Under the pieces are notes generated by a model, which was given only the letters and a program-made list of their open reading frames with translations, searched no databases and had not been told where the DNA came from. A stretch of 62,933 nucleotides of DNA, counting the filler, from Saprolegnia diclina VS20 (lineage: Eukaryota), in assembly GCF_000281045.1 (NCBI RefSeq). It is 4 parts of 2 records of this genome, joined end to end, with 100 filler letters (N's around TTAATTAATTAA, not from the genome) between each part and the next. Parts side by side here need not be neighbours in the genome. Positions count along the whole stretch, not along the records: positions 1 to 29,948 come from NW_008246091.1; 3 more parts are not named here. One strand, written 5' to 3'. The number at the start of each line of letters is the position of its first letter. The first letter of the stretch is position 1. Below are positions 1-9,417 of the stretch, one piece after another. A program made the position numbers and the translations under genes.

Positions 1-149
1 CTTATCGGTTCACGACTCGACGCAGCGCTACTACCACTGTCCCACTCACGAACCTGCCAGTGCTTCAAAGCCACCTACACTCTGGAACCGACATTCCCAA
101 ACCCACATTCCGAGCCGAGTGCAGGTGACCACTGCCAGATTGCCCTTCG

Positions 150-165
150 ACTCATTCTTATTTTG
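150..165 (+). promoter_or_regulatory. Oomycete core promoter (Inr + FPR)
   Basis: ACTCATTCTTATTTTG fits the oomycete YCATTYY-N-WTTY initiator/FPR consensus and lies about 20-30 nt upstream of ATG 182. It is also retained in the duplicate copy near 27450-27462 on the minus strand. Confidence 0.65.
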
Positions 166-181
166 TCGACCTCCTCGAACA

Positions 182-1441
182 ATGTATCCTGCACTCTCAC
201 CAACCGAGAAGACGCCCGTGATGGCGGTGCCGGTAGCCGCACCCGCACCGACGCCGGCCACCGTGCCCATGTATGGCGGGTACCAAGCTGCGCCGCCGCA
301 GTACTATGCCGTGCCACCGCCGCCGTGCGACCACGAGGACAATGACAATGTCTTTTGGTATGCGCTCACCAGTCCACTGCGCCTCTTGACGTTCCAGCTC
401 GTCTTCTTCCACCTCTTCAACCACGTCTTGGCGCTGCTGGCCTTTGTGCTCGTCATTTCGGTCGGGTCGCTCGGCGTCGGCCTCATTCCGCTCTGCTGCC
501 TCGGCTTGCTCGTGCTGCAGTTCCTCCTGCATCTCGTCCGCGTCTTTGCCGAGTGCGACGTGTACCTCTACAACTGCGTGGCGCCAACAAAAGACCAGAT
601 CACAGTCAACTTTCAGGTGCCGCGCCGCGGACTCTACCACCGCAGCGGGTACCGCCTCTCGCCGTCGCTCTCGACGCTCTCGGCCGAGTCGATCCTCGCC
701 GTCTTCTACTTTGTCGCCATCAAGCTCCCGCTCGCGCTCATGTTTAGCTTGACGCCGCTGATTTTGCTAGCGACGTCGATCGCGTGCATGGCCTTTCCGC
801 TCTACTGGGACGACTCGTACGCCAACAACCAGCCAATGACGTTGACGTACACGCACCACCACCGCGTCCACACGCTGCACGCGAGCGTCGCTGGCATTCC
901 GGTGGACGAGGCGCACAAGGTGCAGATCGCGCTCTTCGGCGTCGGTTTTCTCTACTTTAGCGTGCTCTGCCTCCACGGCTTTGGCGCGATCCTCCGGGGC
1001 ACGACCAAGTTTTTCACGAGCGAGTTCTTCTCCACGACGGGCGTCGTCGCCCAAACGCAGCAGCCAACGTACTTTTACGCACCGAGCGCGCCCATGTATG
1101 CCCCGGTGTACGACGACCTGCCGTCGTCGGTCCAAGCGCCGTTGATGGTCGAGGTGCCCGACAACCGTCGCCGCCGCCAAGACACCTTTGCGCGCTACTG
1201 CACCAAGCTCGGCAACATGCTTTTGCTCGTGCTCCTGAGCCTCGTGAGCATGTCCTTCTCGATCGGTCTCTTCGTCGTCATCATTGTCGGCGTCAGCTGC
1301 GGCATCGGGTTCCTCCCGCTCGCCTGCGTTGGCCTCGTGGTTCTCAACTGCCTCATGGCGTGCGTCAAGCCACTCGCAACCCTGGACGAAGCTCTCTTTC
1401 GCCAGCGCCAGCAGCTCTACCAAGCGATCGTCAGCAACTAA
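182..1441 (+). CDS. Intronless multi-pass membrane protein, putative-sensor (PF13796-like) domain family, copy 1
   Basis: Long ORF with GC3-rich codons. Pro/Tyr-rich N-terminus, several hydrophobic helices, and motif GVGLIPLCCLG...AECD that recurs near the C-terminus as GIGFLPLACVG...ATLD. Family assignment is from recognition only. Confidence 0.8.
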   Translation: MYPALSPTEKTPVMAVPVAAPAPTPATVPMYGGYQAAPPQYYAVPPPPCDHEDNDNVFWYALTSPLRLLTFQLVFFHLFNHVLALLAFVLVISVGSLGVGLIPLCCLGLLVLQFLLHLVRVFAECDVYLYNCVAPTKDQITVNFQVPRRGLYHRSGYRLSPSLSTLSAESILAVFYFVAIKLPLALMFSLTPLILLATSIACMAFPLYWDDSYANNQPMTLTYTHHHRVHTLHASVAGIPVDEAHKVQIALFGVGFLYFSVLCLHGFGAILRGTTKFFTSEFFSTTGVVAQTQQPTYFYAPSAPMYAPVYDDLPSSVQAPLMVEVPDNRRRRQDTFARYCTKLGNMLLLVLLSLVSMSFSIGLFVVIIVGVSCGIGFLPLACVGLVVLNCLMACVKPLATLDEALFRQRQQLYQAIVSN

Positions 1442-2237
1442 GTCCCTATGGGTTGAAGCTGGTAGGAGCGCCATTTGACCCGAATCATCACCACCCGTTT
1501 GGAGTTTCTATTTTTCTTGAACATATTTTCCCACAACATGTGACTCGGGCTGGCTTTGGAAGCCAACCATTCACAAGTTGAAGCCGTCGCTTCCGCTTCA
1601 AGAATTCATGGGCCATTTTTCTTCCTCGTTTGGTGCAGTGCTTCTCCGATGGACGCTCGTGTGGACAGCCGCAGTAGCCCTATCAGGCTACTGGCGCCTA
1701 TTTCGCGCGTGGTATCTGCGCATCGCGTTTAAACCACAAAAACATAGCGGCCGTTCGAAACGAGAGAGCCGTTTCGCGTGCGTACGACGTGTTTACCCAT
1801 TTTTGAAACGGCGAAAAACGCATTTACCGTTCCGGCGCGTAGAAATGGGTGGACAGGTGGCGAGAAGGCCGGTTGCCCATCACGGGTGAGCACCACCTGC
1901 TGGTCACGCCCATCGTCCGAGCGCGAGCTTGAGGCTCTTTGTTCGCAAAGAGAAAGAGTCCAAGGGTCATCAAGCGCTGCCACGTGTATGCGTCACATGT
2001 CGGAGCCCTCGGGTGTCTCGTATGCATTCGCTCGGGGCTGGTCGCGTGGGCTGTCGGGGCCGCTTTGTTGGCGTCGACGCGCTGTGGCCAGCGCGGTAGC
2101 CAATCACGGGCGCGAATCGGGCCTGACGCGACGTGTGTCACGCCTGTCGGCAGCTGAGGCAACGCAGCGTCTGGTCGGACCTTCGTTTACAGCCGTTTCC
2201 ATTGCATGCTGGATGTCATTTACCTTTTCACAGGATT

Positions 2238-3027
2238 ATGACGACCGAGACGCTGCATCGCTTCGTCGAGCCGCGCCACTTTGCCGTCAAGGAGCTCGCG
2301 ACGCACTGCACCGTGTGCGCGGTCGAGTACACCAACTGGCAGCGCAAGCACAATTGCGGAATGGTATCGCTTCATCGCTACCACGGTCCTGACGACAGGT
2401 CCGATAGTGCGGCGCAGTCGTCTGCGCCACGTGCATGGACGTGCGGGCCATTACGATGCCCAACAAGGGCGCGGCCAAGGTCGCAGTCTGCTTTGCCTGC
2501 ACCGTGCGCTGTGAGCACAAGTACCACTGCGACACGAAACGCGCGGCCGGCGACGACGAAGAGCCCGCGACCGAGACGCCGGCCGAGTATACGTACGTAC
2601 GCCGCCAACCGAGTGCATTTGCTCATGCGATACCGTAGCTACACGGCGTCGATGGCGCTCATGGACAAGCGCGAGTTCCTCCGCGTCGATGCGCTCTACC
2701 ACTATTATAAGGGCTGCCCCGAGCACAACCATGAAAAGCCCGTGCTCACGATCGAGTGCATCGCGCCCGTCGACTCGTGGGTCCTCGACGTCCACCGGCA
2801 CCAGTGCGTCGCCTGCACGCGCAAGTTTAGCACGCTCTTGCGAAAACACCACTGCCGCATCGTACGTCCACATCTACGTTCTTAGCGCTTCTATGGTCGA
2901 CTACTAGTGCGGCGAAGTCGTGTGTAAGAACTGCATCCAGTTCAAAAGCGCACTCTCGACCGGCACGGACCGCGTCAACATCCAAGTGTGCAAACTCTGT
3001 TTTCTCAAGTACTATTTTGTCAACTAA
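2238..3027 (+). CDS. Tandem FYVE zinc-finger protein (4 exons)
   Basis: CTVC...RKHNCGM|CGAVVCATC...VCFAC and WVLD...CVAC...RKHHCRI|CGEVVCKNC...VCKLC. GT-AG introns split both fingers at the same place. Stop TAA at 3025-3027. Confidence 0.85.
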
Positions 3028-3733
3028 GTTTCCGTTATCAATGTCTACCTGTGCTGCGTCCGATGCGAGTCTTCTCGAGAGCATCGTGGTTGGTGCGACG
3101 AGTGCGAATCATCACGCGGATGTAACAAAAGGAAGAGAAGCGCCTCTTGGCTGGCAAGGACACTCGAAACTTTACCTAACTTCAAGGATCGCCCGCACAA
3201 GATAGCGTATCCTTGGCGTCAACACGACGGAGCTTCCGTCTGCACATCACATGAACGGCGTTAAAGGTGTCGCTTTGCGCCATCTGGAAGAAACCAGCAA
3301 CGTTGCTTCAAGCTTTGCATCGACCGACGCTCGTCAGCATCACAGCCAGTGGGACCAACGACATGACCATGCTCGCCAGCTTTGTAGCGTACACTAGGAA
3401 CGCCCATAGTGACGACCCAACTCCAGTCGACGCTGTAACTCTAACTTCATTTGTCCGTGCGTACGCTCATGCCCATCATTATTTGTCGCGATTTCCCAAA
3501 TTGCACTTTCTAGTTATCCGGAATAATCCGGATAAAACGACCCACGAGGCTGCCACGAGGCTGGAGAAGTTCCTTTGTTGCACGGTCTAGAGCTCTGTAA
3601 TGCGAGAGTCTACAACCAGCGTATCACGAAGAGGGAATTATCGCATCGAACTCGGTCGAATGCTGCTGCGCGCATCGAAGGTGCCCGTCTGTCGCGCAGT
3701 GAAGGAGTCTTCCCTGGCAAGTGCGAAGAAGAC

Positions 3734-6700
3734 ATGAGCTGGCTGTTCAAGACGGTAGCTGCGCCATCGCGACCCGAGTAGGGCTCATGACGCTGTCTAG
3801 GACAGCGCCAAGCAGCTGCGAGAGGCCGCCAAGGCCGGCCAGGTTTCCATTGTGGCCACCTTGCTGCAGGCCGGTGCTGACCCGAATGCCTCCGATTGGG
3901 TGCGTGCTGCGCGTCGGGCTTCATCTTGATGCGGCGTAGGCGGGCGACGCCGCACTGCACATGGCCGCCGAGCGCGGCCAAACGCGCTGCATTGAGCTGC
4001 TTTTGCAAGCTGGCGCCGATGCCAACGCCGTCAACCTCGTATGGCCTCTTGCCTCCATCGTACGCGACACGATACGACGCTAGGCGCGGCGCACACCGCT
4101 GCACTACGCAGCACTGTACGGGCACGTGGCAGCAGCGACTGCGCTCCTACAAGGCCGGAGTGTCGTCGAGTACGCCTCGCTCTTTGGCCCCGCCGCGGAC
4201 GCACCGCTCGAAGGCAACGCCGACCCGAACGCGGCCACGAGCGTACGCTGCTTTGGGCGTGCTTTATGCTCATACGTACGACGTGGCAGGACGGCGAGAC
4301 GCCGCTGCATTGGGCGGCCCGGCACCCGTTCCCAAGTCTTGTGGCTTCTCTCTTGCAGTACAAGGCCAATGTGAATGCCCGCAACGCGGTACAGTGGCTC
4401 GTTTCGAGCTTGGACAACTTGTCGGTTCTAGAAAGGCCAGTCGTCGCTCGGTGTAGCCGTCAAGCGCGGCTACACGGACGTTGTGGTCATGCTTCTCGAG
4501 GCCAAGGCGAGCGTCCACGAAGCCAACCGCGTACGCTACGACGTTGCACGACAAAGTGTGGACATATTGTCTTAGGATGGGCGGACGCCACTGCATGTCG
4601 CCACGTATCACGGTTACACGATCCTCGTGCGTCTCCTTCTCGATGCGGGTGCCGACGTGGACGCGACGACCACCGTACGCTGATGGATGACGTCAATGGT
4701 TGGTCGCATTGCGTTCGTAGGCAGGCGACACGCCACTGCACCTGGCGGCGCGGTATGGCCACGACAGCATCATCGAAGTGCTGCTGGCATATCGCGCCAG
4801 CACGTATATATACAACCACGTATGCGTTGGTGACGCAGGCTCCGTCGATGCGACTGTCGTACGCTGTAGACGGGCAAGACGGCGCTCGCACTCGTCAAGG
4901 CCAACACGCAAGGCGCCTTGCTCCTCGAAGCGGCGATGGTTGCAGTGGCCAACGACGATGCCGACCGCCAGCAACTGCACGCGCAGCTGGTCTGCGCCGC
5001 GCGAGACGGTGACATGCAGGCAACCGCCAAGCTCTTGAAGGCGGGGGTGCGCCCCGACGACGCCGCCGTAGCGACGCAAGGTTGTCGTAGCTCTTCTGAT
5101 TCAGTGGTCTAGAGTCCGACCACAGCGCTGCACTGGGCGGCGGCGAATGGCCATGCGCCGATCGTCGAGATGCTCTTGGAGGCCGGCGCCGACACGGACC
5201 CGGTGCAAGCCAGTGTACACTATGGCATCTCTTTAGTGCAAGATTTCAATGTATCAAGGGTAGGACCTGTGGACGCCGTTGATGCTGGCGGCTGCCCACG
5301 GCCACACGGCGGTCGTAGAGAGCCTACTGCGCCGCTACGCCAGCATTTTTCTGACGGATGCGGTGATCTTGAGCTCGCGTCGGCGGCTGCTAATGTGTAG
5401 TAAGTAGGAGGGCAACACGGCGCTCTTGATCGCAGCCACGCACGGCGCGACAGAGTGCGTTGAGCGCTTGCTGCAGGCGCAAGCAGACGTGTGCGCCACC
5501 AACGATGTACGTGTGATTTCAAAAACGTTCGAGCAACCGGTGGCGTAGGCGGGGGACACCGCGCTTCATGTGGCCGCTCGCTGTGGCCACAGCGACGTGG
5601 TCCGCGTTCTGCTCTCCGCGCACGCTCCGCTGCATGCCATCAACCACGCACGAGCTCGAGTACGTGGCAGTATCGTCTGACAAGTTAGCTGTGTAGGCCA
5701 AGGAGACGGCGCTGGTCCTGGCGCCTCGGAACAGCGACGCCCAAGCGATCTTGGCACCGCTGGTTCTGGCGCACGTTGGCCACGTAAGGACTCGCTTCTG
5801 CATCGATGGGGTGACGCGCGTGCGTAGCTCATCGAGGCGGTCAAGACGGGCGATGCGGCGACCGTGCGATCGTATCTGCTGGCCGGTCTGCCCGTGGATC
5901 TGCGTACCAAGGTACATCGAACCTCGTCGTCTGATCGCAAGACTGCACGTAGCGTGTGGCTAGGCCGGCCGAACGCTTTTGCTGCTGGCGATTGAGAAGG
6001 GCCAGACGGCCATCGTCGACGTCTTGGTGGCCGCAAAAGCACCGGTCAACCAACTCGGCACGGTACCTACCTCGTAACGCGACAACGTGCTTTGTGCTTA
6101 TGACTTGCGCGTAGGATGGGACGTCGCCACTGAGCTTGGCCGCTGGTCTTGGCGATCATCGCGTCGTTGAGACCTTGCTGGTGGCGGGTGCGGACCCCAA
6201 TACAACGCACCGCGTACCTTACGATGGACCCCTGCCCTACCCTAACCCGATGGTAGGAGGGCGGCGCGCTGCTTCTCGTGGCGGCGGTCGACGGACACGA
6301 CGCGCTTGTGCAACTGCTTGCGACGCACGGTGCCAACGTCCATACGACCGACAGCGTACGCGCCTTCTTCTCTGCAGCCATGCAAAACGCTCTGTGTAGC
6401 ACGGCCACACGGCCCTGTACGAGGCCGTGCGCCACCGCCATACGTCTGTCGCTCGCATTCTCTTGTCCCATGGCGCAGACCCGTGCGCTGCTACGAGTGA
6501 GGTGCGATGGCTCTGGTCTCAGTCAATGTGGTCGCTGACTCTACAGCTAGGACTTGGACTCGCCGCTCGTGCTGGCGATGCGGACGGGCCAGAGCGAGAT
6601 GGCGGATGAGCTGTATCAGAGCGCGTACCAGCCGCCGATCGAGGTAGTCTCATCTTCCTCTGCGTGTGGTCTTGAGAGGACGTAGATGGATGCGTCGGAC

Positions 6701-7605
6701 ATTGTTGTGACCGAGCGCTTGCGGGCCGGCGGACAAGGGATCGTCGACCGCGGTCGCTACAAGGAGAAGCTGGATGTTGCCATCAAATCCATGCTCTCAG
6801 CGTCCTCGGTCTCGTCGCTTCACGATGAAATCACCGTCTTGAGCAAGTAGGAACGTCCTATTCGTGGTCGATGCTAACGTCTTGGGGTTAGGTGTACCTC
6901 GCCCTTCATCTTGCCGTTGCTTGGCTACGTCACGGACGGCGTCGCCCCGTCCATGATGGTGCTGCCGTATATGGACGGCGGCAACCTCCGCGAGTACCTT
7001 GATGGCGTCCGCGAAGAGCGACGGCCCGAGATCTACTCGGCCGTTGAAATTGCGTACGCGATCGCGTCGGCGCTCACGCATTTGCACGCAAAGTCGCTCC
7101 TGCACCGGGACTTGAAGTCGGACAATATTCTTTTGAGCCGGCAGCGGTTCGTGCAGGTCGCCGATCTCGGGTCGGCCCGCGACCACGCGACGGACACGAC
7201 GATGACGCAAGCCGTCGGCACGCTGCTGTGGATCGCGCCCGAAGTGTTCAACGGCGGGCGCTACGCGTACTCGGCCGACGTATTTTCGTTTGGCGTCATT
7301 CTAACCGAGCTCGACACGCGTCAAAAGCCGTACTTTGACGCACCGCTGCACGGCTTTCAGCTCACAGATGCCATTCGCAGTGGCGACATTGTGCCGACGC
7401 TGAGCGCTTCGTGTCCGAGTTGGTACCGATCCCTCGCCCAAGCGTGTCTGCATCTCGACCCGAGCGCCCGGCCGTCCGCGACCGAGATCCAGAAGACGCT
7501 CGCGCAGCATTTGCCGCACGCCGATGTGCGTCATGCAACCCTGTGTGTGCTAGTCGACTCATGTTGGCATAGGCTCGTGCCGAGACGGCCGTGCGTGCTG
7601 CGTAG
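3734..7605 (+). CDS. Ankyrin-repeat (about 18 repeats) TKL-family protein kinase, about 23 exons
   Basis: Successive exons give GxTPLHxAA...LLxxGADxN repeats. The kinase has GGQGIV, VAIK, HRDLKSDN, DLG, GTLLWIAPE and ADVFSFG. Start and last exon are inferred from splice sites. Confidence 0.9.
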
Positions 7606-7863
7606 TGTCCATGTAGCTTGAACTGTGTACACAATGGCACCTGTGCTCCGACAGTCTCTCGGGCTACTAGTACCGTACTAGTACCCTGACTAGTACCTGC
7701 TTGGGCGGGCAAACGTGCTGGTAACAAAAACATGCTGCGTTGTGACGTGGCGTGTGCGGTGTAGAGACGCCCACGGTCGAGCTGCAGGAAAGCTCGATGC
7801 TCTGCCAGCTGCGGCGCTGGATGGACTTGCCGAGCTTGCCCGGACACTCAGCGCCACCAGGCG

Positions 7864-9357
7864 GTGTTTTCGAGGGTTAGGGTTTTGCGCCGGTCGCAAA
7901 TTGCTGTCATTTCCAAAGCTGTATCGACGCCCGACAGCATGCCGTCGTCGTTTGTGTGGGACCGCGACGTCTCGAGCGGCGGCTTTGTCTATGGTGAGCG
8001 CTACACGCTCGACCCGGCGTCGCAGCACATTCCGTTGAACGATACGCAGACAGCGCTGCGCCCGCCACGCCCCATCGTCCCTACCAACTTCAAGACATTT
8101 CTCGGCCTGCCCTCGTACCGCGACGGCAACCGCTGCGGCTACACGCTCTTCACCGCCCTCTCGCGCGCGTCGCACCCCGAATCCCTTGTGCTTGGCGTTG
8201 TCGACCAAACGCGCGCCGGTGACGTCGCGTGCGTCGACGCCTACTGCCGCCTCGCCGCCGCGCACTGGCCCAACGACACGACGTGCCGGTACCGCGAGGC
8301 CATCCGCGTTGATGCGCGTGACGCGGCGGCGTCGACAGGTCCGATCGCGGCGCGCGTGCGCCTCCACGCGCTCATCCGCGACGAGACCTTTTGCCTGGTG
8401 ACCGACGCGCACATGCAGTTTGTTTCGCACTGGGACGACGCGCTTTTGGCCGACTGGGCGCGCACCGAGAACGAGATGGCGGTCCTCTCCGTGTACCCAC
8501 TCGGCTTTGAGTCGATTGGGCCGCAGCTGACGCCGCCAGTGACGCAGACGCGTCACATTTGCTACTTTGCCCACGCGACGCTGTCGACAATTCCCGACTT
8601 TGGCGCGATTTTGCTTGACAACTCGAGTTTGCCGCAGCTCGGGGCGTTCATCGGCGCGGGCTTTCAGTTTAGCAAGTGCCATGCACAGACTAGGGTGCCG
8701 CTGGACGCGCGTCTGCGCTTTGTCTTTCTGGGCGAAGAGCTTTTGCGCTCGATGCAGCTTTGGACGCACGGCTATGATATCTACTCGCCGTCGCGGCAGG
8801 GCCACGTGGTCTTCCATGACGAGTCGCGGCGCGGCAACAACGGCTCGTACGTTCGTTGGCTCTGTTCAAAATCGTCAGAGAAAGTTGGTAGATTTGATGA
8901 CAACGGGGGCGACGCGCGCGATCGAGAGCGCGACTTGTCGATCAACCGCATGCGCCAGCAGCTGCACCTGCCCGTCCTCGGCGAGGCCGACGAGACGGAT
9001 CTTGAGAGGTACTATCCAAAGGACACGGCTCGGTCTGTCGACGCCTACCTCGCGTTTGCGGGCATCTCGACCACGGATGTCGCCAAGGACCACTGGCCGT
9101 GCGACCAGCGCCACTGGGTTCCGTACACCCACCCCGAGCGGCTCCAAGCCTTCGTACCCGGCTACGACATGATGCGCAAGCCCTCCGTCTCCATGGAGAG
9201 CGACCACGAAGTGTCGCTGCGTCTTGTGGCTGGCGCGGCTGTGGCGGCGCTTGCGGTGGTTGGTGGCTACGTGCTGTGGCGTCGCCGCCAAAGCGTACCC
9301 TATACCCGATTGGCGGTCAAGAGTGACGACGAAGAGGCTACGCTCGATGCTATTTGA
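7864..9357 (+). CDS. GT60-family (Skp1-Hyp Gnt1-like) GlcNAc-transferase with C-terminal transmembrane anchor
   Basis: PSYRD...C, GPIAAR, TDAHMQF..HWD, VLSVYP, GAGFQF, F.GEE...WTHGYDIYSP motifs. Hydrophobic segment LVAGAAVAALAVVGGYVLW followed by RRR. Probable in-frame 45-nt intron at 8847-8891. True start uncertain. Confidence 0.85.
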   Translation: MFSRVRVLRRSQIAVISKAVSTPDSMPSSFVWDRDVSSGGFVYGERYTLDPASQHIPLNDTQTALRPPRPIVPTNFKTFLGLPSYRDGNRCGYTLFTALSRASHPESLVLGVVDQTRAGDVACVDAYCRLAAAHWPNDTTCRYREAIRVDARDAAASTGPIAARVRLHALIRDETFCLVTDAHMQFVSHWDDALLADWARTENEMAVLSVYPLGFESIGPQLTPPVTQTRHICYFAHATLSTIPDFGAILLDNSSLPQLGAFIGAGFQFSKCHAQTRVPLDARLRFVFLGEELLRSMQLWTHGYDIYSPSRQGHVVFHDESRRGNNGSYVRWLCSKSSEKVGRFDDNGGDARDRERDLSINRMRQQLHLPVLGEADETDLERYYPKDTARSVDAYLAFAGISTTDVAKDHWPCDQRHWVPYTHPERLQAFVPGYDMMRKPSVSMESDHEVSLRLVAGAAVAALAVVGGYVLWRRRQSVPYTRLAVKSDDEEATLDAI

Positions 9358-9417
9358 ATGAGAGGATACTCGGATGCAATGCGTCCATGTTTCGAAAGAC
9401 AATAGTGTACACGTCGA

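Noticed and set aside
767..1474. Long antisense ORFs over real genes (also 7690-8817, 16636-17853, 39506-40465, 46206-47009, 61045-61968)
   Set aside because: These are shadow ORFs caused by high GC3 codon bias and show no independent motifs.
7873..7884. Telomere-like AGGGTTAGGGTT
   Set aside because: Only two units, which is expected by chance.
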